26,671 bases of DNA, taken from contig JBFGZE010000041.1 of the NCBI GenBank assembly GCA_041586955.1, positions 1 through 26,671 of the forward strand, read 5' to 3'. This DNA comes from Bacteriovoracaceae bacterium. GTDB lineage: Bacteria; Bdellovibrionota; Bacteriovoracia; Bacteriovoracales; Bacteriovoracaceae. The position numbers and the translations under genes are program-made. Below are positions 7,916-17,849 of this stretch, one piece after another. Each line of letters starts with the position of its first letter. Position 1 is the stretch's first letter. Below the pieces are notes generated by a model that searched no databases, was not told where the DNA came from, and worked only from the letters and a program-made list of their open reading frames with translations.

Positions 7916-10900
7916 ATCTTTCATCAATCTCCATTAGAAATCCTGTATTCGCATGGATGCTCATGTTTACCCTTATTTTATTTGGTGCTCTTGGCTTCTC
8001 TAAGCTCGGAATCAATGAAAATCCAGATGTGGACTATCCTACCATTTCAATTTCTTATGAATACAAGGGAGCAACCCCTGAGGTTGTAGAAAAAGATATA
8101 TTAGAGCCAGTGGAGTCAATTTTAGTTGCCATGCAAGGAATTAAGGATATGACCTCAACTGCCGGAAGAGGTCAAGGTAGAATTACGCTCGAATTCGGCC
8201 TGGATAAAGATATTGATTTTGCCCTTCAAGAAGTACAGACCCTACTTGGGAGGGCGCAAAGACAGCTCCCAAGTACTATTGAAACGCCAACCGTTACGAA
8301 GTCTAATGCAGCAGATGATCCTATTTTATACCTCGGACTAATTTCGACAAAGCTTAATGAAAGAGAACTTAATGTTTTGTTTAAAGACGGAGTCGTAGAT
8401 CAACTGACGACAATAGAAGGAGTATCAGAAGTCAGGGCATTTGGGTCTAGAGATCCAATGATTAAAGTAGATGTTAATGCTAATAAACTTCAAAAATTTC
8501 AACTAACAATCGCTGATATAACGCAAACACTTTCCCGAGAAAGTGTTGAGTTACCTGCTGGAAAATTTGAAACCCTTGAAAATGAAACGAGTATCAGAGT
8601 TCTGGGAGAGGGAAAAACGGTAAACGACTTTAAGAATATGATTATAAGCCGGAGAGGAGGAAAAGCTAATTATACCCCTATCACTCTTTCTCAAGTTGCA
8701 AACATTCACTATGGAGTTGAAAATAGAACCAGAATTTCAAGAATAAATGGTATACCATCACTTTCAATGCCAATCTACAAGCAAAGAGGTGTAAATGCTG
8801 TTGATGTGGCAGAACGGGTCAAGGCCAAAGTTAAAGAGATATCAAAATCTCTTCCAGATGGAACTTCGCTTTCAGTTAATTTTGACAGGACTGCATTCAT
8901 AAGGCTTTCTATTAATGAGCTTATCCAAAATCTTATTATTTCGGCCCTGCTCACTTCATTAGTTTGTTGGATATTTTTAAATTCAATTTCTGCGACTGTA
9001 AATATTTTGTTGGCAATACCGACTGCCATAATTGGAACATTCGCCTTTATGTATTTATTCGGTTTTACCTTAAATACATTTTCTCTTCTGGGGATGACTC
9101 TTGCTATCGGTATTGTGGTTGATGATGCAATTGTGATGCTGGAAAATATCGTTCGCTATGCAAAGGAAGGTCATGATAAAGTTCAGGCAGCATTTAAAGG
9201 AAGTAAAGAAATTACTTTTGCTGTTCTAGCGACGACAGCAGTATTAATTGCTATCTTTGCACCTATTACTTTAATGCCTGGAATTGAAGGACGTTTTTTT
9301 CAAGAATTTGCATTAACGATTTGTATCGCAGTTAGTTTATCTTCTCTAGAGGCGCTAACCCTTGCGCCAATGCGGTGCTCTCAGTTTTTGAATATAACGT
9401 CAAGGGGCATTTTTATTCATCGGTGGGTTGATAACGGTGTTGCCGTTTCTAGAAAGCTTTATTTAAAGTGCCTAGAATATTCTCTCCTTAATAGAGTTAA
9501 AGTGCTTTTGTTTTCTGCAGGGTTCGTTATTGTTTCTTTCCTATCATTTTTTTATATTGATAAAGAATTTGCCCCCGAAGCAGACAGAAGTTTTATGTTT
9601 GTAGTTTTCATTGCCCCAGATGGAAAAAGTTTGGATTATACTGACTCCAAAGTAAAAGAATATGAAGCAATTGCGATGAAGAATAAAAATATTGAAAGAA
9701 TTATCGTTGCTGTTGGTGGTGGAAGAGGAGCAACGACAGGAAACAGAGGCTTTGGAGTGATTCTCTTAAAAGATCAAAGTAAACGATCTTTATCACAATT
9801 TGAAGTTGCCTCCCAGCTACGAAAGGAACTATCGGGTATCAAGGGGATAAAGATAATCATTAGAGATAGGATGGGATCTGCAATTGGTGGAAGAAGAGGA
9901 AGCCCGATAGAATTTACCGTTACCGGCCCAGAGCTTGCGATACAGCAAGACCTATTTAGCAAATTGCAAAAAGAAATGGAGGCCTCAAAGCTTATGGTAG
10001 GAATCCGCTCAGATGATATCGGACAGCTACCCGAAGTTCACATCATTCCTAATCGCTTAAAGGCACAGCAAAGAGGTGTCGAGATTAATACAATTGCCGA
10101 GACCCTTAATGCAGGTGTCGGTGGCGTGAGTCCCGTTAAATATACGGAGAACGGAAGACGATATGACGTCTTCGTCCAACTTGCTGAAGAAGATCGAAGT
10201 GAAAGAACTATTTCATCCCTACTCTTACAGAATAATAGAGGTGAATTTGTCAGTTTAAAAGATGTTGTTAAAATCGAAAATGCTTTTGGCCCTCTGTCTA
10301 TTTACCGTGAAAATCGTGCGAGAGGAATAAGAGTGGATGCAAACTTGGCCAAAGATGTTCCTCAAAGCAAGGCAATCAAATTTATAAAAGATCTTTCTTT
10401 GAAAATATTACCAGCTGGGTACTCCATAAAGTTCTCTAAAGATTTAGACGAATCGATGTTCGGTATTCTATTGATAATGCTATTAGGTTTAGTAATGGCC
10501 TATATGCTACTCGCTAGCCAGTTTAACTCCTTTTCAGATCCAGTAACAGTGTTTCTCGCAATTCCGTTCGGGTTATGTGGCGCATTTATCGCATTATGGC
10601 TTTCAGGAAGTACTCTGAATATTTATTCAATGATTGGGATTCTGTTGACGATAGGAATCGTGAAAAAAACATCAATACTTATCGTAGAATTTTCAAATCA
10701 ACTGAGAAAAGAAAACCTTGAAACAAAAAATGCAATATTAAAGGCATGTGAAACCCGTTTTAGGCCAATACTTATGACGACGTTTACGACTATAGCTTCT
10801 GCATTGCCGGCAGCTGTTATCTTAGGAGCGGGCTCAGAAACAAGGCAGCCAATGGCGCTTGTCATTATTGGTGGTGTTTTTCTTTCGACTATCTTTACTT

Positions 10901-10968
10901 TAATTGTAGTTCCATGTTTTTACTCTTTGATAGCGAGAAAGCAAAAAGTTATTCTAGAAGAGATATAA
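7912..10968 (+). CDS. RND efflux transporter permease (AcrB/HAE1 family)
   Basis: 1018 aa. GIVVDDAIVMLENI (TM4 Asp pair), GIVKKTSILIVEF (TM10 Lys), RFRPILMTT, QPMALVIIGG. Confidence 0.95.
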   Translation: MNLSSISIRNPVFAWMLMFTLILFGALGFSKLGINENPDVDYPTISISYEYKGATPEVVEKDILEPVESILVAMQGIKDMTSTAGRGQGRITLEFGLDKDIDFALQEVQTLLGRAQRQLPSTIETPTVTKSNAADDPILYLGLISTKLNERELNVLFKDGVVDQLTTIEGVSEVRAFGSRDPMIKVDVNANKLQKFQLTIADITQTLSRESVELPAGKFETLENETSIRVLGEGKTVNDFKNMIISRRGGKANYTPITLSQVANIHYGVENRTRISRINGIPSLSMPIYKQRGVNAVDVAERVKAKVKEISKSLPDGTSLSVNFDRTAFIRLSINELIQNLIISALLTSLVCWIFLNSISATVNILLAIPTAIIGTFAFMYLFGFTLNTFSLLGMTLAIGIVVDDAIVMLENIVRYAKEGHDKVQAAFKGSKEITFAVLATTAVLIAIFAPITLMPGIEGRFFQEFALTICIAVSLSSLEALTLAPMRCSQFLNITSRGIFIHRWVDNGVAVSRKLYLKCLEYSLLNRVKVLLFSAGFVIVSFLSFFYIDKEFAPEADRSFMFVVFIAPDGKSLDYTDSKVKEYEAIAMKNKNIERIIVAVGGGRGATTGNRGFGVILLKDQSKRSLSQFEVASQLRKELSGIKGIKIIIRDRMGSAIGGRRGSPIEFTVTGPELAIQQDLFSKLQKEMEASKLMVGIRSDDIGQLPEVHIIPNRLKAQQRGVEINTIAETLNAGVGGVSPVKYTENGRRYDVFVQLAEEDRSERTISSLLLQNNRGEFVSLKDVVKIENAFGPLSIYRENRARGIRVDANLAKDVPQSKAIKFIKDLSLKILPAGYSIKFSKDLDESMFGILLIMLLGLVMAYMLLASQFNSFSDPVTVFLAIPFGLCGAFIALWLSGSTLNIYSMIGILLTIGIVKKTSILIVEFSNQLRKENLETKNAILKACETRFRPILMTTFTTIASALPAAVILGAGSETRQPMALVIIGGVFLSTIFTLIVVPCFYSLIARKQKVILEEI

Positions 10969-11011
10969 TGAGTTATCATTTTTGAATGAATGGGTAGTAC
11001 AAAATTTAGAA

Positions 11012-11132
11012 AATAAAAAATTAGAATTCGTACCAGCGAGTGGGCCATACTGAAAGTATGCGTTCAGTGGAGCCCTGCAATTAGGGACTTAAAAACTTAT
11101 GAGAGCTGAAGAGCAAAGGTACGTTTTTTATT
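11012..11132. other. Structured palindromic element (MITE-like repeat or unidentified ncRNA)
   Basis: AATAAAAAA..CGTACC (11012-11034) complementary to GGTACG-TTTTTTATT (11118-11132), enclosing hairpins CATACT-GAA-AGTATG and CCCT-GCAATT-AGGG. Confidence 0.4.
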
Positions 11133-11190
11133 GAAGAGAGATTTTTACTAAGTAGGCGGAGTTCTTTTTATGTGAAAAATGAAGAGACTT

Positions 11191-11979
11191 TTAAAAACGA
11201 GAAGAAGACCAAAATTTTTTTAGAGGTAAAATTAATAATTCGATGAGTCCTCCTCCTGTATCAAAATTTTTTAGGCCAAGTGGTTTTTGCCGCTGCTCAT
11301 CTTCCTGCCAATGTCCCCAAGAACCAAAAAGGCGATCCCAAAATGATAGGCAAAATCCAAAATTTTGATCATGCTCTTGGCGAATTTGTGAATGGTGAAC
11401 CCTATGCATATCGGGTGTCACTAAAAAGGTTTGGAGATAATGATCAAGCCGCCCCGGCAATTTCCAATTGGCATGATTAAAAATCGCCGAGCCACTCAGA
11501 AGCATTTCAAAAATTAAAACAACCCCTGGATGAATTCCAAATATTGCAATAAGTGCTCCTTTAAAAAGTAGGGAGGCATAAATTTCAATGGGGTGAAAGC
11601 GTAGTGCCGTGGAGGAGTCCAATTGCCCATCTCCATGATGAATGCGATGAAAACGCCAAAAGAGAGGTACTAAATGACTCAAACGATGTTGCCAATAAAT
11701 CATTAAATCCAAAAAAATCAAGCAAGATAGTTGATACCATAATTCTTGATTCAGACTGAAGTAATGACCTAGGCCAATACCTTTTATGGCAAAATACTCG
11801 GCCATCGCCGGTGCTCCAAGACCTCCCAAAACAAAGAGAGGGATTTGAGACGTAACCACCATTCCCCAATTCACAGGCCATCGACGCATCCGGTAACGAT
11901 AATGTCGGCGCGGCCAGCGCCACTCACTGAACAGGCAAATTAAGCTCACAGAAAGGAAAACAATTAACTTTATTGTCAT
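11191..11979 (-). CDS. Sterol desaturase / fatty acid hydroxylase family membrane protein
   Basis: His boxes HRLSH, HRIHH, FNHAN, HRVHH and NFG...WDRLFG. ATG at 11979 (MTIKLIVF) preferred over the TTG at 12015. Confidence 0.88.
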   Translation of the reverse strand: MTIKLIVFLSVSLICLFSEWRWPRRHYRYRMRRWPVNWGMVVTSQIPLFVLGGLGAPAMAEYFAIKGIGLGHYFSLNQELWYQLSCLIFLDLMIYWQHRLSHLVPLFWRFHRIHHGDGQLDSSTALRFHPIEIYASLLFKGALIAIFGIHPGVVLIFEMLLSGSAIFNHANWKLPGRLDHYLQTFLVTPDMHRVHHSQIRQEHDQNFGFCLSFWDRLFGSWGHWQEDEQRQKPLGLKNFDTGGGLIELLILPLKKFWSSSRF

Positions 11980-12105
11980 CTCTTCATGATAAAGAAATAC
12001 GCCTAGTTGGGCCAATTTTTATCTTCTTTTTAAGTCGAAATAGGTTTCTTTTTGGCGTATATTGATGTATCCATTAACCAAGGATTGGGAGGATTTTTAA
12101 CGCTT

Positions 12106-12534
12106 ATGCTAAAAATTAGTAAAAAAACAGAATATGCACTCATGGCCATCAAGTTTATGGCCTCGTTAGGCCCTGAAAAAAAGACCTCAGCACGTGAGAT
12201 CTGCCAATATTTTAATATCCCCTTTGACCCCACTGCTAAAGTTCTACAAATACTCCACCACCATGAAATTGTTGTTTCCACTCAAGGTGTCAAGGGAGGC
12301 TATATCTTGGCCAAACCTCTTGATCAGGTCTCTTATTTTGACCTCCATCATATGATTGAAGGTAAAAAAGAGGATTGGACCATTTGCCATAATACCAAAG
12401 GCGTTTGTGACCATTTTACAAATTGCCAAATACAAGATCCCCTCTTTCATCTCGATGAATTGATTCAGGGATTTCTCAAAAACATTAACTTAAAAGAATT
12501 ACTTTTAACGCAAGAAAGGACATTAAAGTCATGA
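12106..12534 (+). CDS. Rrf2-family regulator of the suf operon (IscR/SufR-like)
   Basis: [15 protein letters not shown]-terminus, QGVKGGY, three Cys ([15 protein letters not shown]). GGAGG upstream of ATG 12106. Stop overlaps the sufB start. Confidence 0.88.
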   Translation: MLKISKKTEYALMAIKFMASLGPEKKTSAREICQYFNIPFDPTAKVLQILHHHEIVVSTQGVKGGYILAKPLDQVSYFDLHHMIEGKKEDWTICHNTKGVCDHFTNCQIQDPLFHLDELIQGFLKNINLKELLLTQERTLKS

Positions 12535-13964
12535 GCACCGATGATATCATCAATAGCGAATATAAATACGGCTTTTATACCGATATTGAGACAGAAGAAT
12601 TTCCAAAAGGTCTCAATGAAGAAATCATTCATTTAATATCGGCCAAAAAAGACGAACCAAAATGGTTGTTGGAGTATAGGCTTAAGGCCTACCGCTATTG
12701 GCTGACACTTACTCCTCCCACTTGGGCCAAACTGGAAATTCCAAAAATTGATTTTGAGGATCTCTATTATTATTCAGCGCCAAAGAGTAAGTCCGATAAT
12801 CCAGCGAGCTTAGATGAAGTTGATCCCGAGTTATTGGCAACGTTTGAAAAACTAGGAATTCCTTTAGGTGAACAAAAAAGAATTACAGGTGTTGCGGTTG
12901 ATGCCGTATTTGATTCGGTATCTGTCGGAACAACTTATAAGGAAGACCTCGAAAAGGTCGGTGTCATTTTCTGCTCCATTAGTGAAGCAGTTAAAGAGCA
13001 TCCTGAACTCGTCAAAAAATACCTCGGAACGATTGTCCCCTATAAAGATAACTTTTATGCGGCCCTTAATGCCGCCGTCTTTTCCGATGGCTCTTTTGTG
13101 TATATCCCAAAGGGCGTTACTTGCCCACTCGACCTCTCAACTTATTTCCGTATCAACGCCAAAGAGACAGGGCAATTTGAACGCACACTTGTCATCGCCG
13201 ACGAAGGCTCTTATGTCAATTACCTCGAGGGTTGCACCGCTCCTCAACGCGATGAAAACCAATTACATGCTGCAATCGTCGAATTAGTGGCGCACGATAA
13301 TGCCACCATTCGCTACTCCACCGTCCAAAACTGGTATGCAGGAGACAAAGAAGGTAAAGGTGGGATTTATAATTTTGTGACCAAGCGTGGGAACTGTCTC
13401 GGTAAAAATAGTTTTATCTCCTGGACCCAAGTGGAAGCCGGCTCGGCCATTACTTGGAAATATCCTAGCTGCAACCTTATTGGTGATAATTCTCAGGGGG
13501 CCTTTTACTCTGTGGCCTTAACAAATAATAAAATGCAGGCAGACACTGGAACGAAGATGGTTCATATTGGTAAAAATACCAAAAGCACGATTATTTCAAA
13601 GGGTATCTCTGCTGAACAATCTGAAAATAATTACCGCGGCCTAGTTAAAGTAGGACCAGGGGCAACGAATGCTCGTAATTATTCTCAATGTGACTCGATG
13701 TTAGTCGGTCGCCAATCATCGGCCAATACCTTTCCCTATATCGATGTCAAAAATAATACCGCCACAGTCGAGCATGAAGCGTCCACCACAAAAATCAGTG
13801 AGGACCAGCTCTTTTATTTACAGTCCCGCGGTATGGATATGGAGAAATGTATTTCCATGATTGTGAGTGGATTTTGCCAAGATGTCTTCAAAGAATTGCC
13901 ATTAGAATTCTCAGTTGAGGCCGTTAAATTATTAGAAATGAAATTAGAAAATAGTATTGGATAA
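12531..13964 (+). CDS. sufB: Fe-S cluster assembly protein SufB
   Basis: 477 aa. [44 protein letters not shown]. Confidence 0.97.
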   Translation: MSTDDIINSEYKYGFYTDIETEEFPKGLNEEIIHLISAKKDEPKWLLEYRLKAYRYWLTLTPPTWAKLEIPKIDFEDLYYYSAPKSKSDNPASLDEVDPELLATFEKLGIPLGEQKRITGVAVDAVFDSVSVGTTYKEDLEKVGVIFCSISEAVKEHPELVKKYLGTIVPYKDNFYAALNAAVFSDGSFVYIPKGVTCPLDLSTYFRINAKETGQFERTLVIADEGSYVNYLEGCTAPQRDENQLHAAIVELVAHDNATIRYSTVQNWYAGDKEGKGGIYNFVTKRGNCLGKNSFISWTQVEAGSAITWKYPSCNLIGDNSQGAFYSVALTNNKMQADTGTKMVHIGKNTKSTIISKGISAEQSENNYRGLVKVGPGATNARNYSQCDSMLVGRQSSANTFPYIDVKNNTATVEHEASTTKISEDQLFYLQSRGMDMEKCISMIVSGFCQDVFKELPLEFSVEAVKLLEMKLENSIG

Positions 13965-13974
13965 AGGTGTTATT

Positions 13975-14730
13975 ATGATCAAAATAGAAAACCTACACGC
14001 GAAGGTAGGCGATAATGAAATTCTCAAAGGTATTAACCTTGAAGTAAAAGCAGGCGAAGTTCATGCTATAATGGGCCCAAATGGCTCAGGAAAAAGTACT
14101 CTCTCAAAGGTTATTGCGGGCCATCCTTCATTTGAAGTTTCACAGGGCAAAATCACTTATAATATAAATGGTAAAGATTCAGACCTTCAGGAATTAGAAG
14201 CACATGAACGCGCTAAAGAGGGAATCTTCTTGGGCTTCCAATACCCTGTAGAAATTCCAGGTGTTAATAATATTACATTTTTACGAGAAAGTTTTAATGA
14301 GATTTGCCGCCACCACGGTGTTGCCGAAATGGACGAAGAGGAATTTAGAGCTTTTCTTAAACCTAAAATGGACCTTTTAGAAATGAATCCTGCCTTTTTA
14401 GATCGTTCAGTGAATACTGGATTTTCAGGTGGTGAAAAAAAGAAAAATGAAATTTTACAAATGGCAGTCCTTAATCCACGCCTTAGCCTTTTAGATGAAA
14501 CGGACTCTGGCCTTGATATAGATGCCCTTAAAATTGTCGCCAAAGGCGTCAATGGCCTTAAGACCCGTTATAATGCCACCATCCTTGTGACTCATTACCA
14601 ACGCCTCTTAGATTATATTGTACCTGATTACGTCCACGTCCTCTACGGTGGAAAGATTATTAAATCCGGAGGAAAAGAATTGGCCTTGGAGCTAGAAGAA
14701 AAAGGCTACGATTGGCTCATTTCGAAATAA
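13975..14730 (+). CDS. sufC: Fe-S cluster assembly ATPase SufC
   Basis: Walker A GPNGSGKS, FQYPVEIPGV, FSGGEKKK, LDETDSGLDIDAL, THYQRLL. ATG at 13975 preferred. Confidence 0.97.
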   Translation: MIKIENLHAKVGDNEILKGINLEVKAGEVHAIMGPNGSGKSTLSKVIAGHPSFEVSQGKITYNINGKDSDLQELEAHERAKEGIFLGFQYPVEIPGVNNITFLRESFNEICRHHGVAEMDEEEFRAFLKPKMDLLEMNPAFLDRSVNTGFSGGEKKKNEILQMAVLNPRLSLLDETDSGLDIDALKIVAKGVNGLKTRYNATILVTHYQRLLDYIVPDYVHVLYGGKIIKSGGKELALELEEKGYDWLISK

Positions 14731-14737
14731 AGGACGA

Positions 14738-16012
14738 ATGACAATGACTGGAGAATTAATGAAACCTCAATGGGAAAAGATGATTCCTGATAATAGAAAC
14801 CCTCTGCGTGAACAGGGAGCAAATCTATTTAAAAATCTGCCCTTCCCTCATAAAAAACAAGAGCATTGGAAATATACTGCCCTTGAAGATTTCCTTCCTG
14901 AGCAATTAGATGTTAATGAACAGGATGGCAGTCTCGCGACAGCAGACTCCCTTTTCCCTCATATTGATGCCCATCGCTTATTTATTATTAATGGCAAATT
15001 AGACCGCAACCAATCCACTCTCCCTGAAAAAATGGTGATTCATGAATCCGTTGACGGAGACATGCCATTTTCTCTTTCTGAACTAGACTCTAAAGATGAA
15101 ATGGAAGCTTTTAATCAGGCCGCTTTTAAACAGGGAATCGGTTTGACGTTACCAAAAGGCACGGTGCTCGAAAAACCTCTGATGATCTTTCATTTAGGGA
15201 CGGAAACGTCATCCCAAATGGAAATCACACGCCTTCATTTTCAATTTGGGCCCAATACTGAAGCGCAAATTCTTGAGTTTCTAATGCCTAAGAAGTCATG
15301 TTTGCAAAACGTTACGACCTTAACACTCGAAAACAATGCCCATATTGAGCATATTCGCATCAATTTAGGAACACCGAACTCTCTTCTTTTGGCCACATGC
15401 AAGGCCTATTTAAAAAAAGATGCTCAATTAAATAATTTCGCCCTTACTTTGGGTGGTAAATTAACTCGTCAAAATATTAATGTTTATTTACAAGAAAGTG
15501 GCTCTTTCGCTCGCGTCAATGGCCTTTATTGTCTCAAAGAAAATGAGCATGGTGATCATAACGGTCAAATCCACCACCTAGTCGAAAAAACCACGTCAAA
15601 TCAACTCTATAAAGGAATTGTCGATGACGAAGGTCACGGCATTTTTACAGGTAAAGTGATTATTCATCGCGAGGCAATCGAAGTTGATGCCACTCAATTA
15701 AATAAAAATATCCTTCTCTCCAAAAAGGCCCATGTTAACTCTAGGCCTCAACTTGAAGTTTATGCCGATGATGTTAAGGCCGCCCATGGCGCTACCGTCG
15801 GCCAAATTTCCCCAGAAGAAGTCTTTTATCTGCAAAGTCGGGGAATTGATTACCACCGCGCCCAGAAAATCATCTGTCATGCCTTTGCCCGTGAACCCAT
15901 TGAATACCTTAAAAGTAAGGCCATCGGTGATGCCATTGGCAAACTCATTTTTGATGAATTTGAAAAGCGGGCCATGCGCCATTTTGAAGAAGTTGAGGTG
16001 AGCAATGATTAA
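14738..16012 (+). CDS. sufD: Fe-S cluster assembly protein SufD
   Basis: EHWKYT, PQLEVYADDVKAAHGATVG, FYLQSRGI. Alternative start at 14759. Confidence 0.93.
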   Translation: MTMTGELMKPQWEKMIPDNRNPLREQGANLFKNLPFPHKKQEHWKYTALEDFLPEQLDVNEQDGSLATADSLFPHIDAHRLFIINGKLDRNQSTLPEKMVIHESVDGDMPFSLSELDSKDEMEAFNQAAFKQGIGLTLPKGTVLEKPLMIFHLGTETSSQMEITRLHFQFGPNTEAQILEFLMPKKSCLQNVTTLTLENNAHIEHIRINLGTPNSLLLATCKAYLKKDAQLNNFALTLGGKLTRQNINVYLQESGSFARVNGLYCLKENEHGDHNGQIHHLVEKTTSNQLYKGIVDDEGHGIFTGKVIIHREAIEVDATQLNKNILLSKKAHVNSRPQLEVYADDVKAAHGATVGQISPEEVFYLQSRGIDYHRAQKIICHAFAREPIEYLKSKAIGDAIGKLIFDEFEKRAMRHFEEVEVSND

Positions 16013-17216
16013 TCCTCACCGCGCCCTCTTTCCCTGCTTAGACCAGATGATAAAAGGTAACCCTCTTGTCTACTTAGATAATGCGGCGACAACTCTCAAG
16101 CCCCAGGTGGTCATTGACCAAATTACACATCATTATTCAAAAATGACCGCCAATGTTCACCGTGGAGTGCATACCCTCTCCACAGAGGCCACCGCCCAAT
16201 ACGAAGCAACCCGCACCCTTGTTAAAGAATTTATTAACGCATCATCTGAGAAAGAAATTATTTTCACCAAAGGCACGACGGAGTCGATCAATTTAGTGGC
16301 GCAATCCTTGACCTCAGGGAAGTTTTTATCGCCAGGTGATGAAATTCTTGTCAGTCGTATGGAGCATCATTCCAATATTGTTCCTTGGCAATTGATTCTA
16401 GAAAGGAGCGGTGCCAAATTGATTGAAATTCCTATCACTCAAAATGGCGATATTGATCAAGAGGCCTTCCTTCAATTACTTGGCCCTAAAACCAAGATGA
16501 TGGCCGTCACTCATGTCTCAAATTCTTTGGGCACGGTTAACCCTATTAAGAAAATGATTGCCGCCGCCAAATCCCACGGCGCTTTAACTTTGATTGACGC
16601 CGCTCAATCCATAGCTCATACACCTATTGATGTCCAAGATCTCAACGTCGATTTTTTCTGCTTTTCCGGTCATAAAATGTACGGGCCAACAGGAATTGGT
16701 ATTCTCTATGGGAAAGAGGAACTTCTCGATAAAATGCCTCCCTACCAAGGAGGTGGTGCCATGATTAAAACCGTTAGTTTTGAAAAAACGACCTTTAATG
16801 ATTTACCCGAAAAATTTGAAGCGGGAACCCCTCATATCTCTGGGGCCATATGTCTAAAGTCGGCGATCGAGTTTATTCAAAATATTGGTTTTGAAGAAAT
16901 TGCTCGAATTGAAAACAATTTGACCAATATGGCCCTCGCAGAACTCCGCCAAATTAAAAAACTACGTTTAATCGGTAATCCGGAAAAACGTGCTTGTGTC
17001 ATCTCATTTTTTATTGATGGCGCTCACCCACATGATGTGGGGACTTTATTAGATCAACAGGGAGTCGCCATTCGTACAGGCCATCATTGTACCGCCCCTT
17101 TGATGGACTTTTACGGCATCCCCGCCACCTGCCGCGCCTCTTTTGCCATTTATAATGATGAAAGTGACGTGGAAAAATTTTTGGTGGCACTTCATAAATC
17201 TTTAGAACTCCTATAG
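16005..17216 (+). CDS. sufS: Class II cysteine desulfurase SufS
   Basis: YLDNAATT, EHHSNIVPW, FSGHKMYGPTGIG (PLP Lys), FEAGTP, RTGHHC (catalytic Cys). Confidence 0.96.
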   Translation: MINPHRALFPCLDQMIKGNPLVYLDNAATTLKPQVVIDQITHHYSKMTANVHRGVHTLSTEATAQYEATRTLVKEFINASSEKEIIFTKGTTESINLVAQSLTSGKFLSPGDEILVSRMEHHSNIVPWQLILERSGAKLIEIPITQNGDIDQEAFLQLLGPKTKMMAVTHVSNSLGTVNPIKKMIAAAKSHGALTLIDAAQSIAHTPIDVQDLNVDFFCFSGHKMYGPTGIGILYGKEELLDKMPPYQGGGAMIKTVSFEKTTFNDLPEKFEAGTPHISGAICLKSAIEFIQNIGFEEIARIENNLTNMALAELRQIKKLRLIGNPEKRACVISFFIDGAHPHDVGTLLDQQGVAIRTGHHCTAPLMDFYGIPATCRASFAIYNDESDVEKFLVALHKSLELL

Positions 17217-17232
17217 GGAGAAGGATATTCAT

Positions 17233-17796
17233 ATGTCAGACGTGGCCATTACCATTCAACCAACCCCCAACCCTAACGCCCTCAAGTTTATTCTGAGCGG
17301 CCAGGTAAAAAAAGAGGGAAATTCAACCTATCGTACGCCTCTAGATTGTGGGGATAATAAATTAGCTCTTAATTTATTTAGCGTCCGTGGTGTTGACCAG
17401 GTGCATTTTTTTGATAATGTCATCACCATCACCAAATTCACCTATGAAGATTGGGAAAATATAGAACTCGCCGCGAGTGAAATGATTAAAGATGGTTTTG
17501 AGGATCATAATCCCGATTACTTTGACCCCGATCCCGAAGCAGAGCGTAGACGTAATTTACCACCCGAATTAGAAACGATTGAGGCCATTCTCGATAAAAC
17601 AATTCGCCCAGGCCTTCAAGGAGATGGAGGAGATATTCAAACCGTCAGTATTGAGGATAATATTCTCTTGGTCCGTTACCAAGGTGCTTGCGGCACATGC
17701 CCCAGCTCAACGACTGGTACCCTTGAGGCCATTCGCGGTATTCTTAAAGAGCAATTCCGCGAAGATATTGAAGTTTATATCGCCCCAGAATACTAG
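17233..17796 (+). CDS. Nfu-type Fe-S carrier (Nfu_N plus NifU_C domains)
   Basis: PTPNPNALKF N-terminal domain and IRPGLQGDGGD...YQGACGTCPSS CxxC. Confidence 0.92.
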   Translation: MSDVAITIQPTPNPNALKFILSGQVKKEGNSTYRTPLDCGDNKLALNLFSVRGVDQVHFFDNVITITKFTYEDWENIELAASEMIKDGFEDHNPDYFDPDPEAERRRNLPPELETIEAILDKTIRPGLQGDGGDIQTVSIEDNILLVRYQGACGTCPSSTTGTLEAIRGILKEQFREDIEVYIAPEY

Positions 17797-17849
17797 TTGG
17801 TCTCCCTTTCAAACTCCGTTATAATTATAGTTAAACGGAGGATGCAAGG

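Noticed and set aside
12020..12045. IscR type-1 operator upstream of the suf operon
   Set aside because: Only the right half (AGTCGAAAT) resembles the consensus; the left GACT half is absent.
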